From the NCBI GenBank assembly GCA_004431415.1, contig QPMI01000145.1, forward strand, positions 73,875 to 137,874: a stretch of 64,000 nucleotides of DNA, written 5' to 3'. Positions 11,649-21,754 of this stretch are shown one piece after another. The notes below the pieces were generated by a model that was not told where the DNA came from, searched no databases, and saw only the letters and a list, made by a program, of their open reading frames with translations. Positions within the stretch are counted from its first letter, which is position 1, and each line of letters begins with the position of its first letter. This DNA comes from Cyanophora paradoxa CCMP329. Its lineage: Eukaryota > Plantae > Glaucophyta. A program made the position numbers and the translations under genes.

Positions 11649-13240
11649 TTCTTCCACGCTCACGGCCGCAGCCAAACGCGTCCGCAGCGTGCCGGCCTCT
11701 GGCCGCCGCAAGGAATTCGAAGGATGAGGGGGTAAGAAGAGGACCGGCCGCCCCGCGGTGGTCCGGCCGGCAGCAAGCAGAGCCCCGTGCGGGGTACCTC
11801 ATTGGGCCGCGTCCCAAGGGGCGCGCAGCGCCAAAGGAGGGGCCGCCGAGAGGGCCCCAGGGCCCGAAAAGGTAGACCACTCATTGCCTCGTGGGCGTGG
11901 TTGGGGAGGATATCTCTTCACTCCCCGTGTGCCGGGGGGTACGCATTTGCTGCCCGGGTACTCATATCGCGCCCGCAGGGGGTAAGCGATTTCGAGGGGG
12001 GTACAGCTTCTTGAGCCAACTGGAAAATAAAGATCCGCCGTAGCAGATAAACCCCCGCATGAACAGCCAAAAGCTCGCGCTTAGGCCCGCGGAAGGCGTG
12101 AAGCCGTAGCTTCCGGGCCCTGGGAAGGTCACAACCGGAAAACAACCTCTCTCGGACGGCGGAATGAAAGGAACTAAGGTTGAAAACTAGTGATGCTGAG
12201 CAACCTAAGGAAACGCGTTTCCTACTAGGCTAAGCCTGTGAAGTAATAAACTGCTGTACATGAAAAATAGACCAGGGGACGAAATAAACCCCGTGTTGAT
12301 CAGCCTAGGCCTGCAGCTAGCGCTGGCAGCCTGGCAGCCTGCCAGCCGCAGCAAACCTGACATCGAATTCGATCGAAGACCATGAAAAGTAGCCGGTCTA
12401 GGCCTAGGCCGGGGCTTGTAAATGCTCGGCCGGGCTTCGATCGAATTAAAAGCTTCGGTGATGTAGGGGATGGTGGGAGGGTCGGCAACACGCCCGGCAA
12501 ATCGGGCAGTCGACGGGTACCCAACGACTGAGCCGGTGGCCCGGGTACAGCGAGCCCGTATCGCAGATGCGGGTACCGCCGCGCCCTGGCTCGCAGATCT
12601 GGGTACGCCGTGCGTCCGATCGCGATCCGATGATCGCGATCGCAAGCAGCAGGCGCGCGGCTCGTGCAAGCTGCTTTCGCGTTCGGCTCGGCCTTCGCTA
12701 GAAGAAAGCAGATTACTCGTACGCTTTGCTAGAGTAATCTTCCCTTCTTCCACGCTCACGGCCGCAGCCAAACGCGTCCGCAGCGTGCCGGCCTCTGGCC
12801 GCCGCAAGGAATTCGAAGGATGAGGGGGTAAGAAGAGGACCGGCCGCCCCGCGGTGGTCCGGCCGGCAGCAAGCAGAGCCCCGTGCGGGGTACCTCATTG
12901 GGCCGCGTCCCAAGGGGCGCGCAGCGCCAAAGGAGGGGCCGCCGAGAGGGCCCCAGGGCCCGAAAAGGTAGACCACTCATTGCCTCGTGGGCGTGGTTGG
13001 GGAGGATATCTCTTCACTCCCCGTGTGCCGGGGGGTACGCATTTGCTGCCCGGGTACTCATATCGCGCCCGCAGGGGGTAAGCGATTTCGAGGGGGGTAC
13101 AGCTTCTTGAGCCAGGCAACATTTCGGGCCAGCAGCAGCAGTAATTCAGGCACGTGTACCATAGTAGAGGCCCCTCGGCACATGCAAGTTTGCAATTGCC
13201 TATATATATAAAATCAACAGGGAGGCCGGCCATAGCCAGC

Positions 13241-14770
13241 TCAGGGCCGGCCGCCGGGCAAGGCGCCACGGAGCCTGATGTAACGCTCCATGTGCATGCA
13301 CGCCTGCCCCGACAGCTCGGTGGCGGCGTCCACATAGTGCTCGGCGGTGGTGCCGCTGTGCGACCAGCGGCCGTGCACATCAAGAACCCGCTTCTCGGCC
13401 CCACCGAGAGCGGCCCATGTGGTGCCGGTGCGCCGGAAGGAGTGGGAGGAGTAGCCGTCAGGCTGGAGACCCACCGCCTCCGCCATCCGCTTGGGAATGC
13501 CGTTGACGTAGCAGTACGACAGCTCCGCCCCCTGCTCGTTGGCGAAGAGGGGGCGGGAGCTGGCGCGCTGGGCGGCTGTGAAGCTGCTGAGGTACCGACG
13601 GAGTGCTCGGGCGGGGTCTAACAGGCCAAGCTCTGGCATGTCGGAGATCGTGACAGCCCTCGCCCCGCCGCCGCCAACCACCCCGTCGGCGAGCGGGCCG
13701 CGGCGGGGCTGGTTCGTCTTGTCCGCCGGAACTAGGAACGTGAGGCCCGGGCGCATTGCGCCGCGGTCCGCCGCCTCGACGACGTCACGGAGACGTAGGC
13801 GGCGGCAGGCGTCGTCGTAGCGGAACCAGCCGAAGATCATCGTCAGCACCAGCGCAAGGTCGCGCAGCTGCACTGCTGTCCCCCGACGCAGGAAGTCGTC
13901 GGACGTTATCCAGCGCCGAACCTCCTCAGGGCGGAACGTGCGGGCGGTCTCTGCCGCCCGCCGCGCCGTCATCTCGATGCCGCGGAGGTCGCGGTCGGAG
14001 AAGGAGCCTGGGGGTAGTGGGGTGCCCGCCGCCGCAAGGCCGCACCGCACCGCCGCCAGGTACTTGGTGAGTGTGCTCCACTGCTTGCCCTCCAGCGCCA
14101 AGTTTGCCACGTACAGCCGCACGGACTCTGCACCGTGAGGCGGACAGTCGATCTCCGTGCAGAAGGTGATGAACCGGCGGTAGATGCGGGCGTACTCGGC
14201 CTGGGTCCCGCTGCTGTGAGCGTAACCTTCCCAGGCATGCGCCGCCGCCCTCAGCTCGGCCTGCCGCGCTTGGCGGGCCGGCCCGCCGGCTGCTGGGGCG
14301 GAAGCCGGTGCCGCGCGGGGGGAGGGGCCCGTGGCGCCGCGGCCGGCGCCCACGGGGCGGGGTTCCGGGGGAGCGGGGGGAGCCCTTCCCCCGTAGTTGA
14401 GAGGGGGCGAAGAGGGTGCAGGTCCTGCAGCTGCCGGGCTGGGCCAGCGGACCGCGGTGGCCACAGGAACAGCGTTGCGTCCTGCAGGGGCACCGCGGCC
14501 TGCGCCTCCGAGGAGGGCGGCGAAGAGAGCGGAGGGGGCCGCTGCGGCGGGGGTAGGAGGGCATCCGCGGGCAGCTCCTGCGCGGCCAGAGCCTCGATCA
14601 GCGTCGCTGCTGGGGCAGGAGCGCATATCCAGAGGGGCCAAGGGGAACGCCCTAGCCCGATAGCGCCCTTGGACGGTGCCGAGAAGAAGAGGTGTCGGGG
14701 CCCTCGTCCGGCGGGAAGAGGGGCCAGGAGCCAGCCGCGGGCAGCTGCGAGGGCCACCAGGGGGCGCCAC
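13241..14770 (-). CDS. Tyrosine recombinase of the YR retrotransposon (true start uncertain)
   Basis: Catalytic set intact: GWFRYDD (R), DKTNQ (K), HSFRR (HxxR), GRWS (W), EHYV (Y); N-terminal SGTQAEYARIYRRFITFC helix region. Confidence 0.93.
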   Translation of the reverse strand: MAPPGGPRSCPRLAPGPSSRRTRAPTPLLLGTVQGRYRARAFPLAPLDMRSCPSSDADRGSGRAGAARGCPPTPAAAAPSALFAALLGGAGRGAPAGRNAVPVATAVRWPSPAAAGPAPSSPPLNYGGRAPPAPPEPRPVGAGRGATGPSPRAAPASAPAAGGPARQARQAELRAAAHAWEGYAHSSGTQAEYARIYRRFITFCTEIDCPPHGAESVRLYVANLALEGKQWSTLTKYLAAVRCGLAAAGTPLPPGSFSDRDLRGIEMTARRAAETARTFRPEEVRRWITSDDFLRRGTAVQLRDLALVLTMIFGWFRYDDACRRLRLRDVVEAADRGAMRPGLTFLVPADKTNQPRRGPLADGVVGGGGARAVTISDMPELGLLDPARALRRYLSSFTAAQRASSRPLFANEQGAELSYCYVNGIPKRMAEAVGLQPDGYSSHSFRRTGTTWAALGGAEKRVLDVHGRWSHSGTTAEHYVDAATELSGQACMHMERYIRLRGALPGGRP

Positions 14771-15027
14771 TCCAGGGCTGCTGGCTGCCGCTGGATGAGC
14801 CAGACGACGGGGCCCGCGCTTTGCCAGCCGTACTCCTGCAGCCAGTTGAGGAAGCGGGCCCGCAGCTGCCAGTCGACAGTGACGATAGACCCGTCCACGG
14901 GCAGGCTGCCGACGAAGGGTGGGCCGTGCCGGTTGAAGATGTGCACGTGGGGGAGCTCGGGGCGGGCGCGGCCAAGGCCAGCCGCGAGAGCCAGCGCCTC
15001 AGGCCACCATGCAGGATCGGGGCGCAC
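14251..15027 (-). CDS. Degenerate DIRS-type methyltransferase-like domain
   Basis: Lies between RNase H and YR. PHVHIF...VDW...VVWLIQRQPAALEWRPLV...HLFF...GRSPWPLW resembles the DIRS MT C-terminal pattern, but there is no NPP motif. It is in frame with RNase H in the second copy (ORF 22440-24485). Confidence 0.55.
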   Translation of the reverse strand: MRPDPAWWPEALALAAGLGRARPELPHVHIFNRHGPPFVGSLPVDGSIVTVDWQLRARFLNWLQEYGWQSAGPVVWLIQRQPAALEWRPLVALAAARGWLLAPLPAGRGPRHLFFSAPSKGAIGLGRSPWPLWICAPAPAATLIEALAAQELPADALLPPPQRPPPLSSPPSSEAQAAVPLQDATLFLWPPRSAGPARQLQDLHPLRPLSTTGEGLPPLPRNPAPWAPAAAPRAPPPARHRLPPQQPAGRPAKRGRPS

Positions 15028-18000
15028 GTCCGCGATCCCGCGTCGGCCACCACATTATCCTTGCCGCGAACGTGCACCGCCTCCAAGGTGACTTGGGCAC
15101 GGATGCAGGCGCTAAAGAGCTGCAGCGCGAGGTCCATCATCCCCTCGTTGACGCTGCCCCGCAGCGCCGCCGCCACCGCGGATGAGTTGTCTACACGGGC
15201 CACGACGTGGCTGCCAGGGCTCAGGCGCGGGAAGAGCTCCGTCGCTGCGATCAGGACGGCCCGCAGCTCACGCCAGCAGTTATCCTCGCCTGCAAGCTCT
15301 GGCGACCAGCAGCCAAAGGTGCAGCAGAAATCGCGGGAGTTGAGGGCGAGGGGATCCGCCGTGGCGTCGATGTCAAGGGCGGCGCAGAAGCCGGTGCCGG
15401 AGGCGTCTGTGAATAGGCGGAACGCCTTGGACGGGCGCCAAAGTGGGGCAGGGGGGGCGCTCGGCAGGTACTCCAGCAGCCAGGAGATGACCTGCTGCTG
15501 GAGCGGGCCCAGTGGGACGTGGGCCATGGCCAGCTGCCCTCTAGCTCCAGCCGCGTCGGCTTGCGCGACCGCCGCTGTGAGCGGGCGGGACACCAGCGCG
15601 GCCCCAACAAAGGCATGCCGAGCCGCGTTGAGCGAGCCGGCGATCCGCTGGAGCTCGACGGCGGGGGCTGCGGTCGCGCCGCGCAGTAGCTCGAGCACCG
15701 CAAGAAGCTTGCGAAGCTTCTTCTCCGGCAGATAACACCGGCCCCGGGCCGTGTCAAGGACAAGGCCCAGGTGCTCCCGGTCCTGGGAAGGCGTGAACCT
15801 GGTCTTGTCTGAAAATGTGAGGCCCAGCAGGACGCCCAGGTACTGCAGGTGCAGCGAGACGAGGATCGCCTCTTCAAGCGTCTCGCAGATGAAGAGGCCG
15901 TCGTCGATGTATGTACAGAGGAGGACGCCCGCGAGCACAAGCCAGTACTTCGCGAAGGCCCTCATCACCTTCGTGAAGATGTAGCACGCGGCGGCGACCC
16001 CGAAGGGGAGGGCCTGATACACATAGTAGTGCGTCACCCCTCCTATCGTCCACTTGAAGGCCAGGATGCAGGCCGTCAGCATGCAGAGTGCGATGTGGTA
16101 GTAGCCCTTTCGCAGGTCGTAGGATACGAGCCAGCAGTTGGGATACCGACGCAGGAGCTCGATCACCTGGTCGAGCGTCTGGTAGCGGAACGAGCGAAGG
16201 TGAATGTAGCGGTTGACACGCTTGGCATCGAGGCAGAGCCGGAATTTGTCCGCCCCTTTCTTATCCACCGTGTGAAGGGAAGACACCAGGGGGGGCTTGG
16301 GCTCGTCCGGGCCGACGCGGCGCACTAGTACTGCACCCAGCGCGACCATGCTCTTTTTCGGGCCTTCTACCTCCGAATCCACGAAGGCTTTATGCGCCGG
16401 CGAGATCGAGCATGAGGGGCGCGGTTCTTCCTCAAACGCCGGAATCTGATCCGGCGTGATCGCCTGCGAGGGGTCCCAGGGGTCGCGCGGGTCGAATCTG
16501 TCGGCGTCTCGCAGGGCGAAGCGCGCTCCGCGAGATAGGACAAGCTTCACATAGCGCGGAACGGTTGTCCCCGCCTTCCTGAACTGCCTCACCCATGCCG
16601 CGGCATGTGTTTTAAACTGGCCTGCGCGGAATGCGGCCTCGTGCGCTTTGAAATCGTATGGTGGGGGCTGCCCGTGCTCACGCACGAAGGCCCGTAGCCT
16701 CTCAAGGCGTGCTCCACCCGTTCCCGGCGGTGCCAATGCGTTGGAGTTCGATAGCGCTATCAGCTCGCCCCCCCGCATGCCCGGCAGGTCGACCTCATGG
16801 TCACAATCAGAAGTAGAAGTCAATTTTGGCCCGTAGGCCTCGACTGGCCAGGGCCCTACATGTACAGTGTCATCCATCACTGCCAGGTCCCAGGCCACAC
16901 GTGTCCCGCTGAACCCCACCGAGGCCTGCGCACTACTGGCGCCGGCGCTGGGGGGAGCGGCCGCGCGGGCTGCGGGAGCGCTTGCGCTCGCGATCGCTGT
17001 CCTTGGGGGGGGTACGCTGGCGGGGGGCCGGGGGCATCCGGTTGCCGCCGCCTCCCCCCTTGCCGCCGCCGTTGTAGCCGCCGCCGCTGTTGTGGCCGCC
17101 GCCGCCGTTGTAGCCCCCGCTGCCGCCCTGGCCGCCGCCGGAGCCGACGTCGCGCCGGGAGAGGGCGGCCAGCTGCTTGGGGTCGGCTGCGAGGGGTAGA
17201 AATCAGGGGTGAAAAGGCCGTGGCCCGCAGGGTCGTTGCAGGCAAGGCCGTGGCCCGCACGTTTGATCTGGACGCCGTCGCCGTGCGCCAGCTGCGCCTC
17301 CTCCACCCCCGCGTCGGTGGCCTTCTTGACGAGGTCGCGCTTCGACTTGCCCGGGTCGGTGCCGTCAGGGCTCTTGAAGAGGCCCTCCAGCGTGATCCGG
17401 CGCCCCTCCGGCTTCCAGATGCGCGGCGGCGTCTCCTTGACCAGCCGCGTCGACTTGATGCCGGTGAGGGGCATGTCGTCGCCGATCTTGCTCATCGCCG
17501 TGCGGATGAGCTCGGCCGAGAGGTTGGTCTGGAGGAAGGCGCCGTACGACGAGTTCGTCTTCGCCATGTAGGCCTCCGCGCCCTTGTTCTTGTCGTACGG
17601 GTCCGGGGCGGGCACGCCGCGGGACGCCCCAGCGCTCACGGCGTCCGACGCCGGGTCAGCCAGGCCGCGGATCTCCAGGTTGGCCAGGTGGCCCAGGCGG
17701 CTGAGGTGGAGCGCCTTCACCAGCAAGCCCTTGGCGGCCTCCTTCTCGCCCGCCTTCCTGAGGAGCGCCACGCTCTGAAGACAGGACTGGACGAGGCCGC
17801 GGTTGGCCGCCAGCGCGCGGGCGGCGGCGTCGGTGCAAGCGTTCGCCATGTAGCCGGCGCCGGCCGCGAGCGCCGCCCGGATGATCTCCTTGACTGCGGG
17901 GTTCTGGATGTCGTTGCTGATCTCCGATGCGCACAGGCCCGCGCGGGCCAGGCGGGCCTGGTGCAGTGAGATGTCGGTGCGCTCCTTGACGGCGGCGGGG

Positions 18001-19904
18001 TCGATGCCGAAGAAGCCCGCGAGGTCCGCCAGCTTGTCGGGATCATCCAGCGCCTCGAGGATGTTCTTCATGTCGCCCTGAGGCTCGGGGCTGCGGGAGC
18101 GGTCGCGGGAGCGGTGGGGTTCGTCGTCCAGGCGGCGCTCCAGGCGGCTAACGAAATTCTCCAGGCCCCTCTCCAGACGCCCGAGGCGGTCGCCCGTGCG
18201 ATCGTGCTCGCCGTCGCGCCGGCGCTCGCGCTCCTCCTCCCGATCGTAGTCCCGCTCACGATCGTAGTCCCGCTCGCGATCGTAGTCCCGCCGGTCGCCG
18301 TTCGCGTCGTCACGATCGCCGTCACCCCAGCGCTCGCCGTCCGCGTCACGCGCGCCGCCGCCGCCGCCGCGGCCGGCGCCGCCGGCACCGCCGTTACCGG
18401 CGGGCCGGCCCGCCGCGGCCGACGTCGCCAGCGCCAGCTGCAGGGACCCCGCCATGACCGGGCCCCGCCGGGCGCCCGACGCGCCGGCGCCGGCGTTGCC
18501 AGCGTTGGCGCCGGCGCCCGCCGCCGATGCGCCGCTCTCCAGCTGAGCCAGAAAGAGCTTCATGGCCAGTGCTTGCTGCTCGTTGTCGCCGTAGCCGACC
18601 CCAGCGTGGTCCAGTACGTCACCGATGAGACCGCCGCTGAGGCGGGCATGGGTGCCGCCGACGACCTCGGTCGGCGTTGCCGCGCCGGCGGCCCGTGCCG
18701 CCGTGGTCGGAACCTCCACACCCACGGCGATCGCCAGCCAGCCAACAGTCAGCACCCGCCCGCTCGTCACCGCCTCCAGCACCGGCGCCATGCGCCGGTC
18801 CGCCAGGCACTTGCCGAACTGCCCGGCGAACTCGGCCGACCGGGCGTCCGCTCGGAAAGGCACCGCGAGAGACTGGAGGATCCGGAACTCGATTGAGCCT
18901 GACGGGGCCGCGGAGGCGAAGCGGGCGAACGTGACGCCGGGCGATTGGCCGAGTACGATGCGGATGACGCGATTGAACGCCGCCCGCACGGCGAGCGTTG
19001 CGTGGAGGACCGCCGCGCCGTCGTCGGGGTCCAGCCGGGTGAGCGCCGCTGCCCGGTGGAACACCAGCGACTCCGGGCCCTCGCCGACGATCCACACGTG
19101 TTCGGCGAACAGCTCCGTGGTCTCGCACGCCGCGTCCTCCGTACCACGATCCGTCCAGGCGATGTCCAGGCGGCGGCGGCCGCCGGCATCCGGCGTGGCC
19201 ATCGACACTTCGAGCACGTCTGCGCCGGCTCTCGCCGACCACGCAAAGAGCCGGCCACGGTCGTCGAACGCCGGCAGAGACATGGCGAAGCCGTCCAGAG
19301 CCGCCTCCTCCGTCGGCAGCGCCGCGGTTTCGTCGGCGCCCGCGGCCCGGCCAACCGCGACGCGCGCGATCAGCTCTGCCTTGAGGGTCACTGGCACCCG
19401 TAGGTTGAGCGCCATCACACCCAGCCGTAGCTGCTCTGCGCTCGCCAAAAAGAAACCGGATGAGCTGCTGTCCATGGAGTCCGCCAGCCCGCCAGCACTC
19501 CCCAGCCCATGCGCTAGCCCCGCCAATCCCGCGCGACTCCGACGCTTCGTGAAGCGTCCCTCCATCGGCCATAGCCGATCCTCGCTCACGGCCGTATGCC
19601 GACGGAGCGGAGCCTCCAATGGTCGACCACGGAGCCAGCCGCCGTGTCCGGGTAACTCAGCCCCTGTTTCTAGCGGTCTAGCGGGTCCAGCCTGCGCGTT
19701 TCCGAGCGCGCGGGCCCGGCCCGCCAGGGCCCCGGGGTTCCCCAAGGCGGAATGGGCGAAGGGGGTCACACCTTCGCTAGCGATGAGAAGTCGATCGAGG
19801 TCTCCGTTGCCTGCCATCGCGACCGTACGCGTGCCTGACACTGCTGCTGCTGGCAATGAGATCGGCAACACGCCCGGCAAATCGGGCAGTCGACGGGTAC
19901 CCAA
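14652..19904 (-). CDS. Gag-like + RT + RNase H of the YR retrotransposon (the gag/pol fusion may be a homopolymer artefact)
   Basis: RT: VDKKGADKFRLCLDAKRVN, YDLRKGYYHI, ALPFG, YIDDGLF, HLGLVLD. RNase H: LFTDASGTG, WRELRAV, VDNSSAV, HVRGKDNVVADAGSR. Confidence 0.92.
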   Translation of the reverse strand: MGTRRLPDLPGVLPISLPAAAVSGTRTVAMAGNGDLDRLLIASEGVTPFAHSALGNPGALAGRARALGNAQAGPARPLETGAELPGHGGWLRGRPLEAPLRRHTAVSEDRLWPMEGRFTKRRSRAGLAGLAHGLGSAGGLADSMDSSSSGFFLASAEQLRLGVMALNLRVPVTLKAELIARVAVGRAAGADETAALPTEEAALDGFAMSLPAFDDRGRLFAWSARAGADVLEVSMATPDAGGRRRLDIAWTDRGTEDAACETTELFAEHVWIVGEGPESLVFHRAAALTRLDPDDGAAVLHATLAVRAAFNRVIRIVLGQSPGVTFARFASAAPSGSIEFRILQSLAVPFRADARSAEFAGQFGKCLADRRMAPVLEAVTSGRVLTVGWLAIAVGVEVPTTAARAAGAATPTEVVGGTHARLSGGLIGDVLDHAGVGYGDNEQQALAMKLFLAQLESGASAAGAGANAGNAGAGASGARRGPVMAGSLQLALATSAAAGRPAGNGGAGGAGRGGGGGARDADGERWGDGDRDDANGDRRDYDRERDYDRERDYDREEERERRRDGEHDRTGDRLGRLERGLENFVSRLERRLDDEPHRSRDRSRSPEPQGDMKNILEALDDPDKLADLAGFFGIDPAAVKERTDISLHQARLARAGLCASEISNDIQNPAVKEIIRAALAAGAGYMANACTDAAARALAANRGLVQSCLQSVALLRKAGEKEAAKGLLVKALHLSRLGHLANLEIRGLADPASDAVSAGASRGVPAPDPYDKNKGAEAYMAKTNSSYGAFLQTNLSAELIRTAMSKIGDDMPLTGIKSTRLVKETPPRIWKPEGRRITLEGLFKSPDGTDPGKSKRDLVKKATDAGVEEAQLAHGDGVQIKRAGHGLACNDPAGHGLFTPDFYPSQPTPSSWPPSPGATSAPAAARAAAGATTAAAATTAAAATTAAARGEAAATGCPRPPASVPPPRTAIASASAPAARAAAPPSAGASSAQASVGFSGTRVAWDLAVMDDTVHVGPWPVEAYGPKLTSTSDCDHEVDLPGMRGGELIALSNSNALAPPGTGGARLERLRAFVREHGQPPPYDFKAHEAAFRAGQFKTHAAAWVRQFRKAGTTVPRYVKLVLSRGARFALRDADRFDPRDPWDPSQAITPDQIPAFEEEPRPSCSISPAHKAFVDSEVEGPKKSMVALGAVLVRRVGPDEPKPPLVSSLHTVDKKGADKFRLCLDAKRVNRYIHLRSFRYQTLDQVIELLRRYPNCWLVSYDLRKGYYHIALCMLTACILAFKWTIGGVTHYYVYQALPFGVAAACYIFTKVMRAFAKYWLVLAGVLLCTYIDDGLFICETLEEAILVSLHLQYLGVLLGLTFSDKTRFTPSQDREHLGLVLDTARGRCYLPEKKLRKLLAVLELLRGATAAPAVELQRIAGSLNAARHAFVGAALVSRPLTAAVAQADAAGARGQLAMAHVPLGPLQQQVISWLLEYLPSAPPAPLWRPSKAFRLFTDASGTGFCAALDIDATADPLALNSRDFCCTFGCWSPELAGEDNCWRELRAVLIAATELFPRLSPGSHVVARVDNSSAVAAALRGSVNEGMMDLALQLFSACIRAQVTLEAVHVRGKDNVVADAGSRTCAPILHGGLRRWLSRLALAAPAPSSPTCTSSTGTAHPSSAACPWTGLSSLSTGSCGPASSTGCRSTAGKARAPSSGSSSGSQQPWSGAPWWPSQLPAAGSWPLFPPDEGPDTSSSRHRPRALSG

Positions 19905-21754
19905 CGACTGAGCCGGTGGCCCGGGTACAGCGAGCCCGTATCGCAGATGCGGGTACCGCCGCGCCCTGGCTCGCAGATCTGGGTACGCCGTGCGTCCGAT
20001 CGCGATCCGATGATCGCGATCGCAAGCAGCAGGCGCGCGGCTCGTGCAAGCTGCTTTCGCGTTCGGCTCGGCCTTCGCTAGAAGAAAGCAGATTACTCGT
20101 ACGCTTTGCTAGAGTAATCTTCCCCGAAACTCCGGTGCGAAGCGGGCCTTAGGTTCCCGGATCCGTTCTTCCACGCTCACGGCCGCAGCCAAACGCGTCC
20201 GCAGCGTGCCGGCCTCTGGCCGCCGCAAGGAATTCGAAGGATGAGGGGGTAAGAAGAGGACCGGCCGCCCCGCGGTGGTCCGGCCGGCAGCAAGCAGAGC
20301 CCCGTGCGGGGTACCTCATTGGGCCGCGTCCCAAGGGGCGCGCAGCGCCAAAGGAGGGGCCGCCGAGAGGGCCCCAGGGCCCGAAAAGGTAGACCACTCA
20401 TTGCCTCGTGGGCGTGGTTGGGGAGGATATCTCTTCACTCCCCGTGTGCCGGGGGGTACGCATTTGCTGCCCGGGTACTCATATCGCGCCCGCAGGGGGT
20501 AAGCGATTTCGAGGGGGGTACAGCTTCTTGAGCCAACTGGAAAATAAAGATCCGCCGTAGCAGATAAACCCCCGCATGAACAGCCAAAAGCTCGCGCTTA
20601 GGCCCGCGGAAGGCGTGAAGCCGTAGCTTCCGGGCCCTGGGAAGGTCACAACCGGAAAACAACCTCTCTCGGACGGCGGAATGAAAGGAACTAAGGTTGA
20701 AAACTAGTGATGCTGAGCAACCTAAGGAAACGCGTTTCCTACTAGGCTAAGCCTGTGAAGTAATAAACTGCTGTACATGAAAAATAGACCAGGGAACGAA
20801 ATAAACCCCGTGTTGATCAGCCTAGGCCTGCAGCTAGCGCTGGCAGCCTGGCAGCCTGCCAGCCGCAGCAAACCTGACATCGAATTCGATCGAAGACCAT
20901 GAAAAGTAGCCGGTCTAGGCCTAGGCCGGGCTTGTAAATGCTCGGCCGGGCTTCGATCGAATTAAAAGCTTCGGTGATGTAGGGGATGGTGGGAGGGTCG
21001 GCAACACGCCCGGCAAATCGGGCAGTCGACGGGTACCCAACGACTGAGCCGGTGGCCCGGGTACAGCGAGCCCGTATCGCAGATGCGGGTACCGCCGCGC
21101 CCTGGCTCGCAGATCTGGGTACGCCGTGCGTCCGATCGCGATCCGATGATCGCGATCGCAAGCAGCAGGCGCGCGGCTCGTGCAAGCTGCTTTCGCGTTC
21201 GGCTCGGCCTTCGCTAGAAGAAAGCAGATTACTCGTACGCTTTGCTAGAGTAATCTTCCCTTCTTCCACGCTCACGGCCGCAGCCAAACGCGTCCGCAGC
21301 GTGCCGGCCTCTGGCCGCCGCAAGGAATTCGAAGGATGAGGGGGTAAGAAGAGGACCGGCCGCCCCGCGGTGGTCCGGCCGGCAGCAAGCAGAGCCCCGT
21401 GCGGGGTACCTCATTGGGCCGCGTCCCAAGGGGCGCGCAGCGCCAAAGGAGGGGCCGCCGAGAGGGCCCCAGGGCCCGAAAAGGTAGACCACTCATTGCC
21501 TCGTGGGCGTGGTTGGGGAGGATATCTCTTCACTCCCCGTGTGCCGGGGGTACGCATTTGCTGCCCGGGTACTCATATCGCGCCCGCAGGGGGTAAGCGA
21601 TTTCGAGGGGGGTACAGCTTCTTGAGCCAGGCAACATTTCGGGCCAGCAGCAGCAGTAATTCAGGCACGTGTACCATAGTAGAGGCCCTCGGCACATGCA
21701 AGTTTGCAATTGCCTATATATATAAAATCAACAGGGAGGCCGGCCATAGCCAGC

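Larger units (their letters stand above)
11649..20124 (-). mobile_element. Complete PAT/DIRS-type tyrosine-recombinase retrotransposon with split direct repeats A1-ORFs-B1-A2-spacer-B2 (8476 bp)
   Basis: A (263 bp) at 19862-20124 and 12482-12744; B (370 bp) at 12745-13114 and 11649-12018; gag, RT, RNase H, MT-like and YR ORFs lie between. Confidence 0.95.

Noticed and set aside
14652-19904. A genuine 1750-aa Gag-Pol fusion
   Set aside because: It depends on homopolymer lengths that differ between the two copies; a separate Gag tail is visible in another frame
11649-20124. LTR retrotransposon or prophage integrase
   Set aside because: No protease or DDE integrase and no TG..CA LTRs or TSD. 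Split direct repeats with RT-RH-YR define the DIRS/PAT group.
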